NCBI GenBank assembly: GCA_963843375.1
Contig: CAWJKT010000010.1
Coordinates: forward strand, 128,001 to 192,000
Source: an uncultured Pseudomonadota bacterium
GTDB lineage: Bacteria > Oederibacteriota > Muellerivitia > Muellerivitales > Muellerivitaceae
Direction: 5' to 3'
DNA length: 64,000 nt
The notes beneath the pieces were generated by a model that saw only the letters and a program-made list of their open reading frames with translations, did no database searches and was not told where the DNA came from. The translations under genes and the position numbers were made by a program. Position 1 is the stretch's first letter; every line of letters starts with the position of its first letter. Shown here piece after piece: positions 1 through 10,733 of this stretch.

Positions 1-1
1 C

Positions 2-967
2 AAGACCTATAACCCAGCTCCCGGGGATACCGCCCCACCTGGGTGGGGAAGAGCGGCGGGTTATTCGCTGGAGAAAGTAGACCGGGTCTTGGGAATGCTG
101 GGGAATCCCATCGGCATCGCCAGTTACAAGCCTTACCAGTCAACAGGAGAGGATTTCCTCCACAATTACCTGGGCAACATCGGGATTCCCATTGAGCTTC
201 TACCCGAGTATCCCAAGGACGCCGATACAATCCTGTTGACTGAATCCGCAAAATTTGACCCCCGGATTGTTTCCAAGATCAAGTCCAGCCTGAAAGCGGG
301 CAAGAACGTCTTCATTACCTCGGGACTTTTGAAGGCTTTGCAGGGGAAGGGGATCGAGGACATCGCAGAGCTGGAGTGTACCGGGCGAACGGTCTCCATT
401 CATGATTTTATCAACGGTTACGGGGCCGGGAACGGAACCCCTTTAAACGACCCAAGTCACGAAAACCCATCCATTCTATTTCCGGAAATCCGGTTTTTCA
501 CGAACGATACCTGGGGGATCATCCGAGGTGTGGCCACATCCAAGGGATTCCCAGTCCTGCTTATGAACCGGTATTCCAAAGGCATCCTTTATGTGATTAC
601 AATTCCCGAAAACATTTCCGATCTCTACAATCTGCCGCAGGGCGTGGTGACCGCGATTAAAGGCTACCTTCAGGGCGATTTTCCGGTTCGGATCGATTCC
701 CCCGCCCAGGTGGCTCTCTTCGCCTATGACAACAACAGCTTCGTGGTGGAATCTTTCCGATCCGAGCCCTGTGACGTGACGGTGACTTTGCCGGGAGAAA
801 CGGTTAAGTTAAGAGACGTTCAACTTGATGTGCGGGTGGATGCCCAACCCGTCGCGACCCCCGACCTGAATAATTGGTGGGCCCAACAAAACCCCGAACC
901 GCCAAAGAGGAATTTCAAAGTCCAAATAGCACCTCATTCCTACCGGGTTTTCTCCATCGAAAAATAG
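2..967 (+). CDS. 5'-truncated hypothetical protein, possibly the C-terminal part of a glycoside hydrolase-like protein
   Basis: Frame is open from position 2 to TAG at 965-967; no diagnostic motif, so the family guess is weak. Confidence 0.45.
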   Translation, partial: KTYNPAPGDTAPPGWGRAAGYSLEKVDRVLGMLGNPIGIASYKPYQSTGEDFLHNYLGNIGIPIELLPEYPKDADTILLTESAKFDPRIVSKIKSSLKAGKNVFITSGLLKALQGKGIEDIAELECTGRTVSIHDFINGYGAGNGTPLNDPSHENPSILFPEIRFFTNDTWGIIRGVATSKGFPVLLMNRYSKGILYVITIPENISDLYNLPQGVVTAIKGYLQGDFPVRIDSPAQVALFAYDNNSFVVESFRSEPCDVTVTLPGETVKLRDVQLDVRVDAQPVATPDLNNWWAQQNPEPPKRNFKVQIAPHSYRVFSIEK

Positions 968-1016
968 GCCTGTCTTAAGGTACACTAAGACTTTAAATTT
1001 ACCTGAGGATTTATAG

Positions 1017-1241
1017 ATGCCAACACAGCCCGCGTTTGAAGATTCACTCACAAAACTTGAAGCTATTGTCGAAAAAATGGAATCGGGCGACCTCAAGTTG
1101 GAGGACTCATTAAAGCTGTTTGAAGAGGGAATGAAACTCACAAAGGAGTGCAATTCCCGTCTTAATGAAATTGAAAAAAAGGTCAAATTGCTTTTGAAGA
1201 ACGCCTCGGCCAAATCCAAAGACGAAGATTCCAAAAGCTAA
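1017..1241 (+). CDS. xseB: Exodeoxyribonuclease VII small subunit
   Basis: FEDSLTKLEAIVEKMESGDLKLEDSLKLFEEG signature; GAGGA RBS; upstream of ispA. Confidence 0.95.
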   Translation: MPTQPAFEDSLTKLEAIVEKMESGDLKLEDSLKLFEEGMKLTKECNSRLNEIEKKVKLLLKNASAKSKDEDSKS

Positions 1242-1246
1242 CCCGG

Positions 1247-2143
1247 ATGTCTTTTTCCATACAATCCTACCTGGAACAAAAACGCCATGTGGTTGACCAA
1301 GCGCTCCAAAAGGTCTTCCGTGACGGATTCCCTTGCCCTTCGACTCTTTGGAACAGCATGAAGTACAGCGTCTTTGCAGGGGGCAAACGCTTACGTCCTA
1401 TCCTTTGCTTGGCATCGGCGGATGCGGTGGGTCTTGCTCACAAGGACGCCCTTCGGATCGCCTGCGCTTTGGAATTGATTCACACCTATAGCCTCATTCA
1501 TGACGATTTGCCATCATTGGACGACGATGATTACCGGCGCGGACGCAAGACCAACCACAAGGTTTATGGCGAAGCTATGGCCCTTTTGGCCGGAGATGGA
1601 CTCCAAACCCTCGCCTTCGAGTGGATTTCAAATCCCGCCGCCTACAATGCCCGTTACCGCAAAAACATCCCCCAAACCATATTTGAACTGGCGCATTACG
1701 CCGGCTATCCCGGCATGGTTGGCGGTCAGGTGGATGACGTCCTGGCGGAAAAGCAAAAACCTTTGTTGTCCAAAGTGCTTTCCATCCACCGCCGTAAAAC
1801 CGGAGCCCTGCTTCTTTCTAGCGTCAGGCTTCCGGCGCTTTTGGCGGGTGCCCCACGTCCAAAACTTATGGCCTTAACGGATTATGGCTGGTCGGCGGGC
1901 TTGGCTTTCCAGATCGTGGACGACATACTGAACGAAACAGGGAACCGCAAAACATTGGGCAAATCCACCGGGAGCGACCGAATCCGGGGAAAAATGACTT
2001 ATCCCGCGGCAATTGGTTTGGAAAAGTCAAAAAGAGAAGTCGACAATCTTACCCAGAGGGCCGTAAAAGCCTTGAAGCCCTTGGGAGAAAAAGGAATACC
2101 ACTGGAAGAACTTGTGCATTACATGGCTTGGAGGACAAGTTAG
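1247..2143 (+). CDS. ispA: Geranyltranstransferase / farnesyl diphosphate synthase
   Basis: GGKRLRP, LIHDDLPSLDDDDYRRG (FARM), FQIVDD (SARM). Confidence 0.95.
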   Translation: MSFSIQSYLEQKRHVVDQALQKVFRDGFPCPSTLWNSMKYSVFAGGKRLRPILCLASADAVGLAHKDALRIACALELIHTYSLIHDDLPSLDDDDYRRGRKTNHKVYGEAMALLAGDGLQTLAFEWISNPAAYNARYRKNIPQTIFELAHYAGYPGMVGGQVDDVLAEKQKPLLSKVLSIHRRKTGALLLSSVRLPALLAGAPRPKLMALTDYGWSAGLAFQIVDDILNETGNRKTLGKSTGSDRIRGKMTYPAAIGLEKSKREVDNLTQRAVKALKPLGEKGIPLEELVHYMAWRTS

Positions 2144-2145
2144 CC

Positions 2146-2601
2146 ATGAAACCATTGAATGAAAAGGGATCGGTAAAAATATTATATGCAACTACGGTGG
2201 CTTGGGTCATTGCACAGGGCTTTAAGGTTTTGATATATTACGTCCGGCACCGAAAGATCAATTTCCGGTTGTTTGTGGGTACGGGAGGCATGCCAAGTTC
2301 CCATTCAGCTTTAGTCTGTTCCCTTGCCACGGCCATTGGCCTGGAAACCGGATGGGATTCACCGGTTTTCCTGCTGTCAGTTGGGATGGCCCTGATCATC
2401 ATGTCGGATGCGGCAGGCGTACGTCGAGCGGTGGGTCAACAGGCTCAAATCCTCAATGAAATTATGGACGATCTGAATAGTTCCAGGCCCGTTCCCGACA
2501 AAAAGCTTAAGGAACTGTTGGGTCATACACCGGTTCAAGTATTTATGGGCGCCCTCTTGGGTATTATTGTGGTTTTGGTGATGTACCATTGGATGCAATA
2601 G
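2146..2601 (+). CDS. Divergent PAP2 family (DUF212) membrane protein
   Basis: GGMPSSHS, DAAGVRR and LKELLGHTP motifs; usual position after ispA. Confidence 0.9.
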   Translation: MKPLNEKGSVKILYATTVAWVIAQGFKVLIYYVRHRKINFRLFVGTGGMPSSHSALVCSLATAIGLETGWDSPVFLLSVGMALIIMSDAAGVRRAVGQQAQILNEIMDDLNSSRPVPDKKLKELLGHTPVQVFMGALLGIIVVLVMYHWMQ

Positions 2602-2609
2602 GAAACGAA

Positions 2610-4526
2610 ATGTACGAATATTTGGATAAAATAATCTCTCCAGCTCACTTGCGGGCCTTGCCGGTCGAGGCTCTTCCCAAAGTGGCTGAAGAACTGCGTG
2701 ATTTTCTCGTCACTTCTGTCTCCCAAACTGGGGGCCATTTAGGCTCCAGTATGGGCGCGGTGGAGTTGACGCTGGCCATGCATTATGTTTACGACACCCC
2801 CCAGGACCGAATCGTATGGGACGTGGGGCACCAAGCCTATGGCCATAAAGCTATCACGGGTCGCCGGGAAAAGTTCCCCACACTCCGTCAATTTCAGGGA
2901 CTTTGCGGCTTCCCCAAGCGCAACGAAAGCGAATATGACACTTTCGCTGTTGGCCATGCGGGTACGGCCCTCTCAGCCGCCTATGGAATGGCTAGAGCCC
3001 GGGATATCCAGAAAAAAGATTTTCATGTCGTGGCGGTCGTGGGGGATGCGGCCATTTCCAACGGCCTTTCCATGGAAGCTCTGAACAATATCGGTGATCA
3101 CCCTAACATGAACATGACGGTTATCCTGAACGACAACGAAATGTCCATTTCACCCAGTGTGGGGGCGATGACTTCCTACCTCAATAAAATCCTTGCCGGT
3201 AAATCCTATAATGAGGCCAAGACCCATGTGGAGCGGTTCATCGACCGTATTCCCAAGGTCGGCCATCAAATGCTCCAAATGACCCATCACGCCGAGGAAG
3301 CCCTCAAAGGATTCGTGACCCCGGGTACGCTTTTCGAGGAATTGGGCCTTCGCTATTACGGCCCTATCGACGGTCACGACTTGCGGACCCTGGTTGAGAT
3401 CTTTAAGAAAGTTAAGCAATTGAAGGGTCCTATCATGTTGCACGTCGTGACCCGGAAGGGAAAGGGCTACAGTCCGGCGGAGGAAAACCCTGAGAAATTT
3501 CATGGGGTGACGGTGTTCGATAAGGAAACCGGAAAAAGCACCGCGGTTCCAGTTACCGGCGCGGCTCCTGCTTATACGAAAGTATTTGGCGACGCTATGA
3601 TCGAACTTGCTAAAAACAATCCGAAGCTGGTCGGAATTACGGCGGCTATGCCAGAAGGAACCGGATTAAAAAAATTCGGGGAAATTTACACCGACCGTTA
3701 TATCGACGTGGGCATTGCGGAAAGCCACGGCGTTTGCATGGCGGCGGGACTGGCTTGCGAGGGCATCAAGCCGGTAGTGGCCATATACTCCACTTTCCTT
3801 CAAAGGGCTTATGACCAGATCATCCATGACGTCTGCCTGCAAAAACTCCCAGTCGTTTTCGCCCTCGACCGGGGCGGCCTTGTGGGCGAGGATGGGGAGA
3901 CCCACCAAGGCGTTTATGACCTTTCCTATCTTCGTTGCGTGCCCAACATGGTCGTAATGGCTCCTTCGGACGAGAATGAGATGAGAAACATGCTTTACAC
4001 CGCCGTCGAGTACAACGGGCCTATCGCTTTGCGGTATCCCCGGGGGAACGGAGAAGGGGTGAAAATTGAAGAAGGGTTCAAAAAACTTGAGATCGGCAAA
4101 GGAACCCTCCTTGAAGAAGGCAAAGATTACGCGCTCCTTGCGATCGGCCGTATGGTGGGCGTGGCGAAAATCGCCCGTGAAATGTTAAAGAGAGAGGGCC
4201 TGGAAGGAACTGTTGCTAACTTTCGTTTCGTGAAACCCTTGGATGAAAAGCTTCTGGTTTCTATTGCTCAAAAAACAAAGGTCCTCGTCACCTTGGAAGA
4301 GAACTCAGCCATTGGAGGTTTTGGCAGCGCCGTACTGGAAGCCCTCCAAAAAAACGGGATAACGGATTGCGCGGTAAAATGTATCGGCATTCCCGACCGT
4401 TTTATTGAGCATGGAAAACCTCAGTTACAGCGGGAATTGTGCGGCCTCGAACCCCCCCAAGTAGCTGAAATCGTCAAAAAAATGTTGAAGGACCAAACCC
4501 CTTTCATGTTGGGAGTCGTATCCTAA
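2610..4526 (+). CDS. dxs: 1-deoxy-D-xylulose-5-phosphate synthase
   Basis: GGHLGSSMG, WDVGHQAY, GDAA..N TPP motif, DVGIAE, YSTFLQRAYDQ. Confidence 0.97.
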   Translation: MYEYLDKIISPAHLRALPVEALPKVAEELRDFLVTSVSQTGGHLGSSMGAVELTLAMHYVYDTPQDRIVWDVGHQAYGHKAITGRREKFPTLRQFQGLCGFPKRNESEYDTFAVGHAGTALSAAYGMARARDIQKKDFHVVAVVGDAAISNGLSMEALNNIGDHPNMNMTVILNDNEMSISPSVGAMTSYLNKILAGKSYNEAKTHVERFIDRIPKVGHQMLQMTHHAEEALKGFVTPGTLFEELGLRYYGPIDGHDLRTLVEIFKKVKQLKGPIMLHVVTRKGKGYSPAEENPEKFHGVTVFDKETGKSTAVPVTGAAPAYTKVFGDAMIELAKNNPKLVGITAAMPEGTGLKKFGEIYTDRYIDVGIAESHGVCMAAGLACEGIKPVVAIYSTFLQRAYDQIIHDVCLQKLPVVFALDRGGLVGEDGETHQGVYDLSYLRCVPNMVVMAPSDENEMRNMLYTAVEYNGPIALRYPRGNGEGVKIEEGFKKLEIGKGTLLEEGKDYALLAIGRMVGVAKIAREMLKREGLEGTVANFRFVKPLDEKLLVSIAQKTKVLVTLEENSAIGGFGSAVLEALQKNGITDCAVKCIGIPDRFIEHGKPQLQRELCGLEPPQVAEIVKKMLKDQTPFMLGVVS

Positions 4527-5510
4527 ATGCCGTTTCTCAACCGTAGGGTTTGTTTATTTCTTCTTTTAGACGCGGCCATTCTCCTGGCTCTCATGGGAAT
4601 TTTTACCGCCATTAATCACGCCTTTGTTCCGGCGCCCAATACCTTAAGCGAAAAAATATCCATTACACCGACGGTGGCGGCTATCCCCCAAACCATCACC
4701 GCCCGCAAAACCGGCCCCATTGTGGAATCCCAACCCGGTGAGGAATTTGACACCACAAAACTTCGGTCCAAAACAGTCAAAGTCGTAGCCCATGCCATTG
4801 CTATGGGTGAAAACTATTGGACTATTGCCAAAAACAACAGCATTGATATCTACACCCTCATTGGGGCCAATCCGTCCATGCCTTTCAAGGCCAGGATCAA
4901 ACAATCCCTAAATCTTCTTTCACGAAAAGGCATTCTTTATACCGCTCAAAAAGGGGACGATATTTCCAAGATCGCCCAAGCTTTGGGAACGGACGAGAAA
5001 ACCATCAGGTCGGAAAACGGCATCACTTGGTGGAACAACCTGAAAGAAGGCGATGTTCTTTTTATCCCCGCCGTTAAACCGATTTTCATGGTCAAAGATT
5101 GGAAGGATTATTTCAGCAAGCGGGGTATTTTTGGTGACCCCTTAGGAAGATGGGGAAGGATCAACTCCCCTTTCAGTTTCCGTACTGACCCGATCACGGG
5201 TGAAATCCGCCACCATAATGGTGTGGATTTGAAGGCCAAATATGGTGATCCCGTCTATGCCGCGGCTGGGGGAAAGGTGATTTTCACCGGGGTTTCGGGC
5301 GGTTACGGGAACTTGATCATCATCGCAAGTGCAAACTCCTTCCACACCTATTATGGGCATCTTTCCAAAATTTACGCCAAACAGGGCCAAAAAGTGCGGC
5401 GGGGAATCCTCATTGGCCGGGTCGGCGCCACCGGCCGCGTGACCGGCCCCCATCTCCATTTTGAAATCCGCAAGAACGGAAAACCCGTCGATCCTTTGTT
5501 GTATATTTAA
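4527..5510 (+). CDS. LysM-domain M23 family peptidase with N-terminal membrane anchor
   Basis: N-terminal TM helix, two LysM-like segments, HNGVD and GPHLHFE zinc motifs. Confidence 0.88.
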   Translation: MPFLNRRVCLFLLLDAAILLALMGIFTAINHAFVPAPNTLSEKISITPTVAAIPQTITARKTGPIVESQPGEEFDTTKLRSKTVKVVAHAIAMGENYWTIAKNNSIDIYTLIGANPSMPFKARIKQSLNLLSRKGILYTAQKGDDISKIAQALGTDEKTIRSENGITWWNNLKEGDVLFIPAVKPIFMVKDWKDYFSKRGIFGDPLGRWGRINSPFSFRTDPITGEIRHHNGVDLKAKYGDPVYAAAGGKVIFTGVSGGYGNLIIIASANSFHTYYGHLSKIYAKQGQKVRRGILIGRVGATGRVTGPHLHFEIRKNGKPVDPLLYI

Positions 5511-5708
5511 AATCAAATAAGGCTCTTAACCCATAAAACCCCAGGGACACCAGGATAATCGAAAATAAGCTTAACTTTGACTCCTATTGAACCTCTTTGC
5601 TTTTAATCATTCTTATTGCCTTTTATGCCTTCGTGGTTCAAAAGCTTTATCGGATTGGTTTTTTGGAAGGTTGAATTCGCTGGTTTAACCTTGTAATGTA
5701 ATAGGCCA

Positions 5709-8700
5709 ATGGATCCAAGATTTGTCAAAGATACGGGCACAGAGACTTATACCGGCAACGAACTGATTCTCAAAGGCGGTCTGGAAGCGGGGATGAACCT
5801 TTTAACCGGTTATCCCGGTTCCCCCGTGGCGGATGTTTTCGAAGCCGCCGTCAATGCGACCCCCTACCTTAAAGAGCATGGCATTCTCGCCCAAATTGCC
5901 AACAATGAGGCCCTCTCCGCCGCAAGGTTGAACGGGGCTCAAATGGCTGGACTGCGGGCCATTACAGTCATGAAATCCGTAGGGTTCCACGTTGCCGCCG
6001 ACGCCCTAGTGGCGGGAAGCCTGGCAAAGAAAGACCACAAAGGCGCTGGGGTGATCGTCATCGGCGATGACCCCTGGAGCGATACCACCCAGGTGCCGGT
6101 CGATTCCCGGCGTCTCTCCGACCATTTGTTCATCCCCGTTTTGGAACCGGCTACTTTTCAAGAAATTAAGGATTGGATAAAGGTCGCCTTCGAGCTTTCA
6201 GAAGAAGCTGATCTTTTCATCGCCTACCTGCTTATCACCTATACGGCCGAAGGCGGGGGAAGCGTGGATGTCTATCCTAATCAACCTCCCAAAGGCGCTA
6301 CGACCCTGAACAAGGTTACCATCGACAGTTCCAAGTTTGACATCACCCATTCCATAGTCCTGCCACCGCACACCATCCCTCTGGAAAAAGAAGCTCTGGA
6401 AGTGAAGTTCCCCCGGCTCCTCGAATCCGCACGGGCTAAGGGCATCAATAAAATAATTCCGGCCAAAGAAAAGAGTTTTGCCTTTATCACGGCAGGGGCT
6501 TCTTACACCTACCTGGAGCAGGCCCTGTCGGAATTTGGCTTATCGGGTAAGTTTCCGATCCTGAAATTAGGCCTCACATTTCCGGTGGATCCCCAAGCGG
6601 TCGAGGAAATTCTGAAATACTCCGCCACCCTGGTAGTGGTGGAGGAAAAACGCCGTTTTATCGAAAGTCAGGTTCGAAATATCGTCATGGACCTTTACCA
6701 ATCCGGTAAACTCAAGGAAATGCCGACGGTCTGGGGCAAATCTTTTCCCGAAGGACTGGAAGGCTTTACTGAAGGCAAGGGGTTAAGCCCGGCAGTGGTC
6801 ATGACTACCTTGGCACCTCTCTTGAAACATTTCGAGCTTTCCACCCCTAAGGTGAACAAGGAAATCCAATTCATCAAGAGCCTGGACGACCTGGAAGTGA
6901 ACATACCCAAACGCACCCCGTCTTTCTGCCCGGGATGTCCACATCGGGATTCCTCCTCGGTCTTCCTCCAATTGGTGGCGGATTTTAAAGACCCCGTCTA
7001 CATGAAAAAGAACCACAAGCAAGGCCCTCTCGACATTCTTTTCCACGGGGATGCGGGTTGTTACGTTCTTCTTTTCATGCCCCCCAATGGGCCATTAATG
7101 CACAACTATATCGGCATGGGCCTGGGTGGCGGCACGGGCGCTGGCTTGTCGCCTTTTTCGACCAACAAATCGGTTTGTTTTATTGGTGATTCTACTTTCT
7201 TCCACTCCGGGCTTTCGGAAATCTCCGATTCCATCAAGAACAACCAGGATGTGCTTTACGTGGTTTTGGACAACAAGACTACCGCCATGACCGGCCACCA
7301 GCCCCATCCGGGAATGGAGTCCGACCTGATGGGCAATCCCACTTTCGGCCAGGATATCGAAAAGGTTCTGAAAGGACTGACGAAAGGGAACGATCTCACC
7401 ATTGCGCGAGTGAATCCTGAGAAGCGTGATGACTATCGGTTCCTGCTAGAGGATATGATTTTGGAACCAGGTGTGAAATTCGTCATCGCAGACAAGGAAT
7501 GCGGCATTACTTATCACCGCCGCAAGCGTCGGGAAGTCAGCCAATTCAAGGCCAAGCATGGCTACCTGCCCGTCCAAAAACGCGTCAATGTGAACGACCA
7601 TACCTGCGAATATTGCCTGGAATGCACCCGATTGACAGGTTGTCCGGGTCTCGCCATAGAAGACACTCTTTACGGCCCTAAAATGTCCACCGATCTTTCC
7701 TATTGCGTTTCCGATATGGCCTGCACCCGAATCAAAGCTTGTCCGGCCTTCGAGGAACTCACCATCGTCCGTGCCCACAAACTGGAAAATCCTGTTTTGC
7801 CCGATCCGGGCCAAATACCGGAACCTCAGCCTTTTGCATTCGAAGAAGACTGGCGTGGTTATATTGCCGGCGTCGGAGGGATGGGTATCGGTAGTTCCAC
7901 CGCGGTTCTAGTGCGTGCCGCTGAAAAGCACGGCTACCACATAACTTTTTGTGATAAAAAGGGAATTGCCATCCGCAACGGCGGAGTCTATTCCCAAGTA
8001 ACCTTTTCTAAGAAAAAAAAGGTGGTCTCGCCCCTGCAACCCCAGGGCAAATCCAATCTGCTTTTGGGCCTGGATATTCTGGAATCTGCACGGGGCCTAG
8101 ACCCTCGTTTGAATTTCCGCATGGGTTCTAAACAATATACCCATTCGGTGGTGAATACCCACAAGACTCATACGATTTTAACTCTGATGGGAAAAGACGA
8201 TTTCAGCCCGCTGGAACTATCCGAGCTTTTCAAGAAATACACGATGGATTATTTTGGTGCCGATATGAGCGCCATTGCCGAGCATTACCTGGGAAATAAG
8301 GTGTTCGTAAACGTCCTGCTTTTGGGTGTGGCTTTCCAAAGGGGCCTTTTGCCCGTCACTCTCCACGAAATGGTTGATTCCATCAAGGACAACTTCAACC
8401 CCAGCGCCGCCAAGCACAATATCGACGCCTTCCATTTGGGCCGGGATGTGGCAGTCCATCCGGAGAAATACGATGCCGAGGTCCGGCTAAGTTTCCAGGA
8501 AATTGTGATGAAGAAGACTGCGTTTTTGGGCGGAAAACGCGCTGAAGTCTATCTGAATATGACCAAGGAATTCCTGAAACTTTGGGAAGGAGATGAGGAT
8601 ACAAGAGTTCAATTTGCCAACCGTCTTTACGACCTAATCGAGTTTGAAGACCCCGGCTATGCCCGCAAGTACCTGGACAGAATACTGGCAACCCTTCAAA

Positions 8701-9251
8701 AGGACTCGAAAGCTGCAGATTTCTCGGCCACTAAGGCGGTCGTGAAATATTTACATAAGGTCATGGAAATCAAAGACGAGGTCTATGTGGCTCATCTATT
8801 GACCAGCCCGGAGAAGTACGAGAAGGATGCCAAACGCTACAAGGTGGATTTGGCCAACGGTGACAGGATCATTTACAAGCACTTCAACCGCCCTCATTTC
8901 GATATTTGGGGAATGAACATAGAGTTCGATTTCAACAGTCGCGACTGGATGTTAAGGATAATGAAACACATGAAATTCCTACGCCGCCTCATGCCCGCAT
9001 GGCATAAACGCGAAAAGGGTTTTAGGGCCTGGTATGAAGCCCTAGTGGACCGTTTTGAGTACACTAGCCCCGAAATGTACGAGCGTTGGGTAGCTGTTCT
9101 TTCCTTGCCGGAGGAGGTCAGGGGATACCGTTTGGTTCGTTACCCCAAGATGGAACAGGCTATGGAACAAGCCGAGAAGATTCTTTCAGGAACAGCCTTG
9201 GCGCCCGCCTTCAATCCCGCCAACCCGCCGAAACAACTTTCTAAAGTTTAA
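5709..9251 (+). CDS. Indolepyruvate ferredoxin oxidoreductase family, fused alpha/beta subunits
   Basis: GYPGSP, FCPGCPH, IGDSTFFHSG (TPP), CxxCxxC..CP ferredoxin cluster, GVGGMG beta-domain motif. Confidence 0.88.
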   Translation: MDPRFVKDTGTETYTGNELILKGGLEAGMNLLTGYPGSPVADVFEAAVNATPYLKEHGILAQIANNEALSAARLNGAQMAGLRAITVMKSVGFHVAADALVAGSLAKKDHKGAGVIVIGDDPWSDTTQVPVDSRRLSDHLFIPVLEPATFQEIKDWIKVAFELSEEADLFIAYLLITYTAEGGGSVDVYPNQPPKGATTLNKVTIDSSKFDITHSIVLPPHTIPLEKEALEVKFPRLLESARAKGINKIIPAKEKSFAFITAGASYTYLEQALSEFGLSGKFPILKLGLTFPVDPQAVEEILKYSATLVVVEEKRRFIESQVRNIVMDLYQSGKLKEMPTVWGKSFPEGLEGFTEGKGLSPAVVMTTLAPLLKHFELSTPKVNKEIQFIKSLDDLEVNIPKRTPSFCPGCPHRDSSSVFLQLVADFKDPVYMKKNHKQGPLDILFHGDAGCYVLLFMPPNGPLMHNYIGMGLGGGTGAGLSPFSTNKSVCFIGDSTFFHSGLSEISDSIKNNQDVLYVVLDNKTTAMTGHQPHPGMESDLMGNPTFGQDIEKVLKGLTKGNDLTIARVNPEKRDDYRFLLEDMILEPGVKFVIADKECGITYHRRKRREVSQFKAKHGYLPVQKRVNVNDHTCEYCLECTRLTGCPGLAIEDTLYGPKMSTDLSYCVSDMACTRIKACPAFEELTIVRAHKLENPVLPDPGQIPEPQPFAFEEDWRGYIAGVGGMGIGSSTAVLVRAAEKHGYHITFCDKKGIAIRNGGVYSQVTFSKKKKVVSPLQPQGKSNLLLGLDILESARGLDPRLNFRMGSKQYTHSVVNTHKTHTILTLMGKDDFSPLELSELFKKYTMDYFGADMSAIAEHYLGNKVFVNVLLLGVAFQRGLLPVTLHEMVDSIKDNFNPSAAKHNIDAFHLGRDVAVHPEKYDAEVRLSFQEIVMKKTAFLGGKRAEVYLNMTKEFLKLWEGDEDTRVQFANRLYDLIEFEDPGYARKYLDRILATLQKDSKAADFSATKAVVKYLHKVMEIKDEVYVAHLLTSPEKYEKDAKRYKVDLANGDRIIYKHFNRPHFDIWGMNIEFDFNSRDWMLRIMKHMKFLRRLMPAWHKREKGFRAWYEALVDRFEYTSPEMYERWVAVLSLPEEVRGYRLVRYPKMEQAMEQAEKILSGTALAPAFNPANPPKQLSKV

Positions 9252-9405
9252 CAATGTGCTGAACCCCCGTTTTTCCTTCAAAAAAAACAGAGGAATGGAG
9301 ACGTTTCAAATTCCTTTGCGTTTAGAAAATCAGCATCTTGTTAATCAGGGAACTTAATCACCCACAACCAACTTTTTGGAACTTGTTCACTCAGGGATTC
9401 AATTC

Positions 9406-9978
9406 TCAATTAGGACGCGGATTTCTTCGCCAGAACTCAGAACTGGCCTCGGGCATTTTCTTGTAAATGTTGTTCAAATGCGTCTTCAGAGTGGCCTTTG
9501 AAATGGACAATCTCTTGACGATTCTGGAATTGGTAAATCCTTGGATACAAAGATTGGCTATTTCCAATTCCCGCTTGGTTAAATCTTTGTTCCTGAATCT
9601 CTTGAGCCATGCGTCATATTTCTGCTGGAGGGGATACAACATCACCATTCGGTAAGGAACCGCATTGAAAAAAAGAACGTCAAAAAACTGGTTTCCCACC
9701 TTTTGGTTCGAAAAATATTGTATCCCATCCTCGCCGAGGGGCCTCCCCAGGTTTTTTTCGCAGGACACGACACAGGTTTGTGGGCAATCCATTCCGGAAA
9801 AATTCCCGCAAAGTTTCTTGCAGACCAAGTTTTGGAAATAAACCCTGGTCCCCGACCTTAATAGGCAAATACTGGTGCGGTTTTTCTTTAGAGCTTCCTT
9901 AAACCAAACGATCATTTTCCACCCGGAGGGTTGATTGTGGGTTCGTTCCTTTAAACGGACAATGAACTCCTGTCGCAT
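9406..9978 (-). CDS. LuxR-family HTH regulator with Cys-rich N-terminal domain
   Basis: LTKRELEIA..GFTN..I...LSISKATLKTHLNNIYKK. Confidence 0.85.
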   Translation of the reverse strand: MRQEFIVRLKERTHNQPSGWKMIVWFKEALKKNRTSICLLRSGTRVYFQNLVCKKLCGNFSGMDCPQTCVVSCEKNLGRPLGEDGIQYFSNQKVGNQFFDVLFFNAVPYRMVMLYPLQQKYDAWLKRFRNKDLTKRELEIANLCIQGFTNSRIVKRLSISKATLKTHLNNIYKKMPEASSEFWRRNPRPN

Positions 9979-10046
9979 TAAACGTTAAATGATTCTAAAA
10001 CAATATGATTCGCATCAGGTTGGGATAAAACTACCGGGGTGAAGCG

Positions 10047-10709
10047 ATGACCGCCGTAACTAATGGAATGACCGTTTATACCGCCAAACAGGAAATGGCC
10101 AACTGCTTAACGGCTGGAATGGGAGTTGTCTTGGTTGGTGCAGGAACCATCTTTTTGATCGTTTTAGCCTGTCTTGAGGGAAATGCCTGGCATGTCGTAA
10201 GTTTCAGTATTTATGGCGGAACACTAGTCCTGCTTTACTTGACAGCCACCCTTTACCACAGCTTCCGATCGCCTGGGGTTAAAAGGTTTTTTGAAAAACT
10301 GGACCATTCGGCGATATTCCTCCTGATAGCCGGCACTTATACCCCTTTCACCCTGGTAATTTTAAGAGGTGCCTGGGGCTGGTCACTTTTCGGGATAGTT
10401 TGGGGGATAAGCCTTTTGGGAATTGTTTACAAACTCTTATTCACCGGACGTCACCGGGTTTTTTCAACCCTTCTCTATATTGGCCTAGGTTGGATGGCGC
10501 TTTTGGCCTTTAAGCCCCTGATGTCCGCCCTTTCTATCAGAGGAATGATTTTGTTGTTCTTGGGTGGAGTCAGTTACAGTTTCGGGACGGTTTTTTACCA
10601 CCGAAAAAATTTTTATTACAGTCATGCGATTTGGCACCTTTTCGTCTTGACCGGAAGCCTCTTCCATTACTTTGCGATTTTGTATTACGTTTTGCCCACG
10701 AAAGTTTAA
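10047..10709 (+). CDS. Hemolysin III / PAQR family membrane protein
   Basis: LYHS, LDHSAIFLLIAGTYTP and HAIWHLFVL motifs. Confidence 0.92.
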   Translation: MTAVTNGMTVYTAKQEMANCLTAGMGVVLVGAGTIFLIVLACLEGNAWHVVSFSIYGGTLVLLYLTATLYHSFRSPGVKRFFEKLDHSAIFLLIAGTYTPFTLVILRGAWGWSLFGIVWGISLLGIVYKLLFTGRHRVFSTLLYIGLGWMALLAFKPLMSALSIRGMILLFLGGVSYSFGTVFYHRKNFYYSHAIWHLFVLTGSLFHYFAILYYVLPTKV

Positions 10710-10733
10710 CCTCTAAAATATTTTAACTTTTGT

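Noticed and set aside
5520..5645. Possible degenerate REP-like element or riboswitch before the oxidoreductase
   Set aside because: Only a weak GCCTTCGTGGTT fragment, with no convincing partner arm, second copy or recognisable aptamer.
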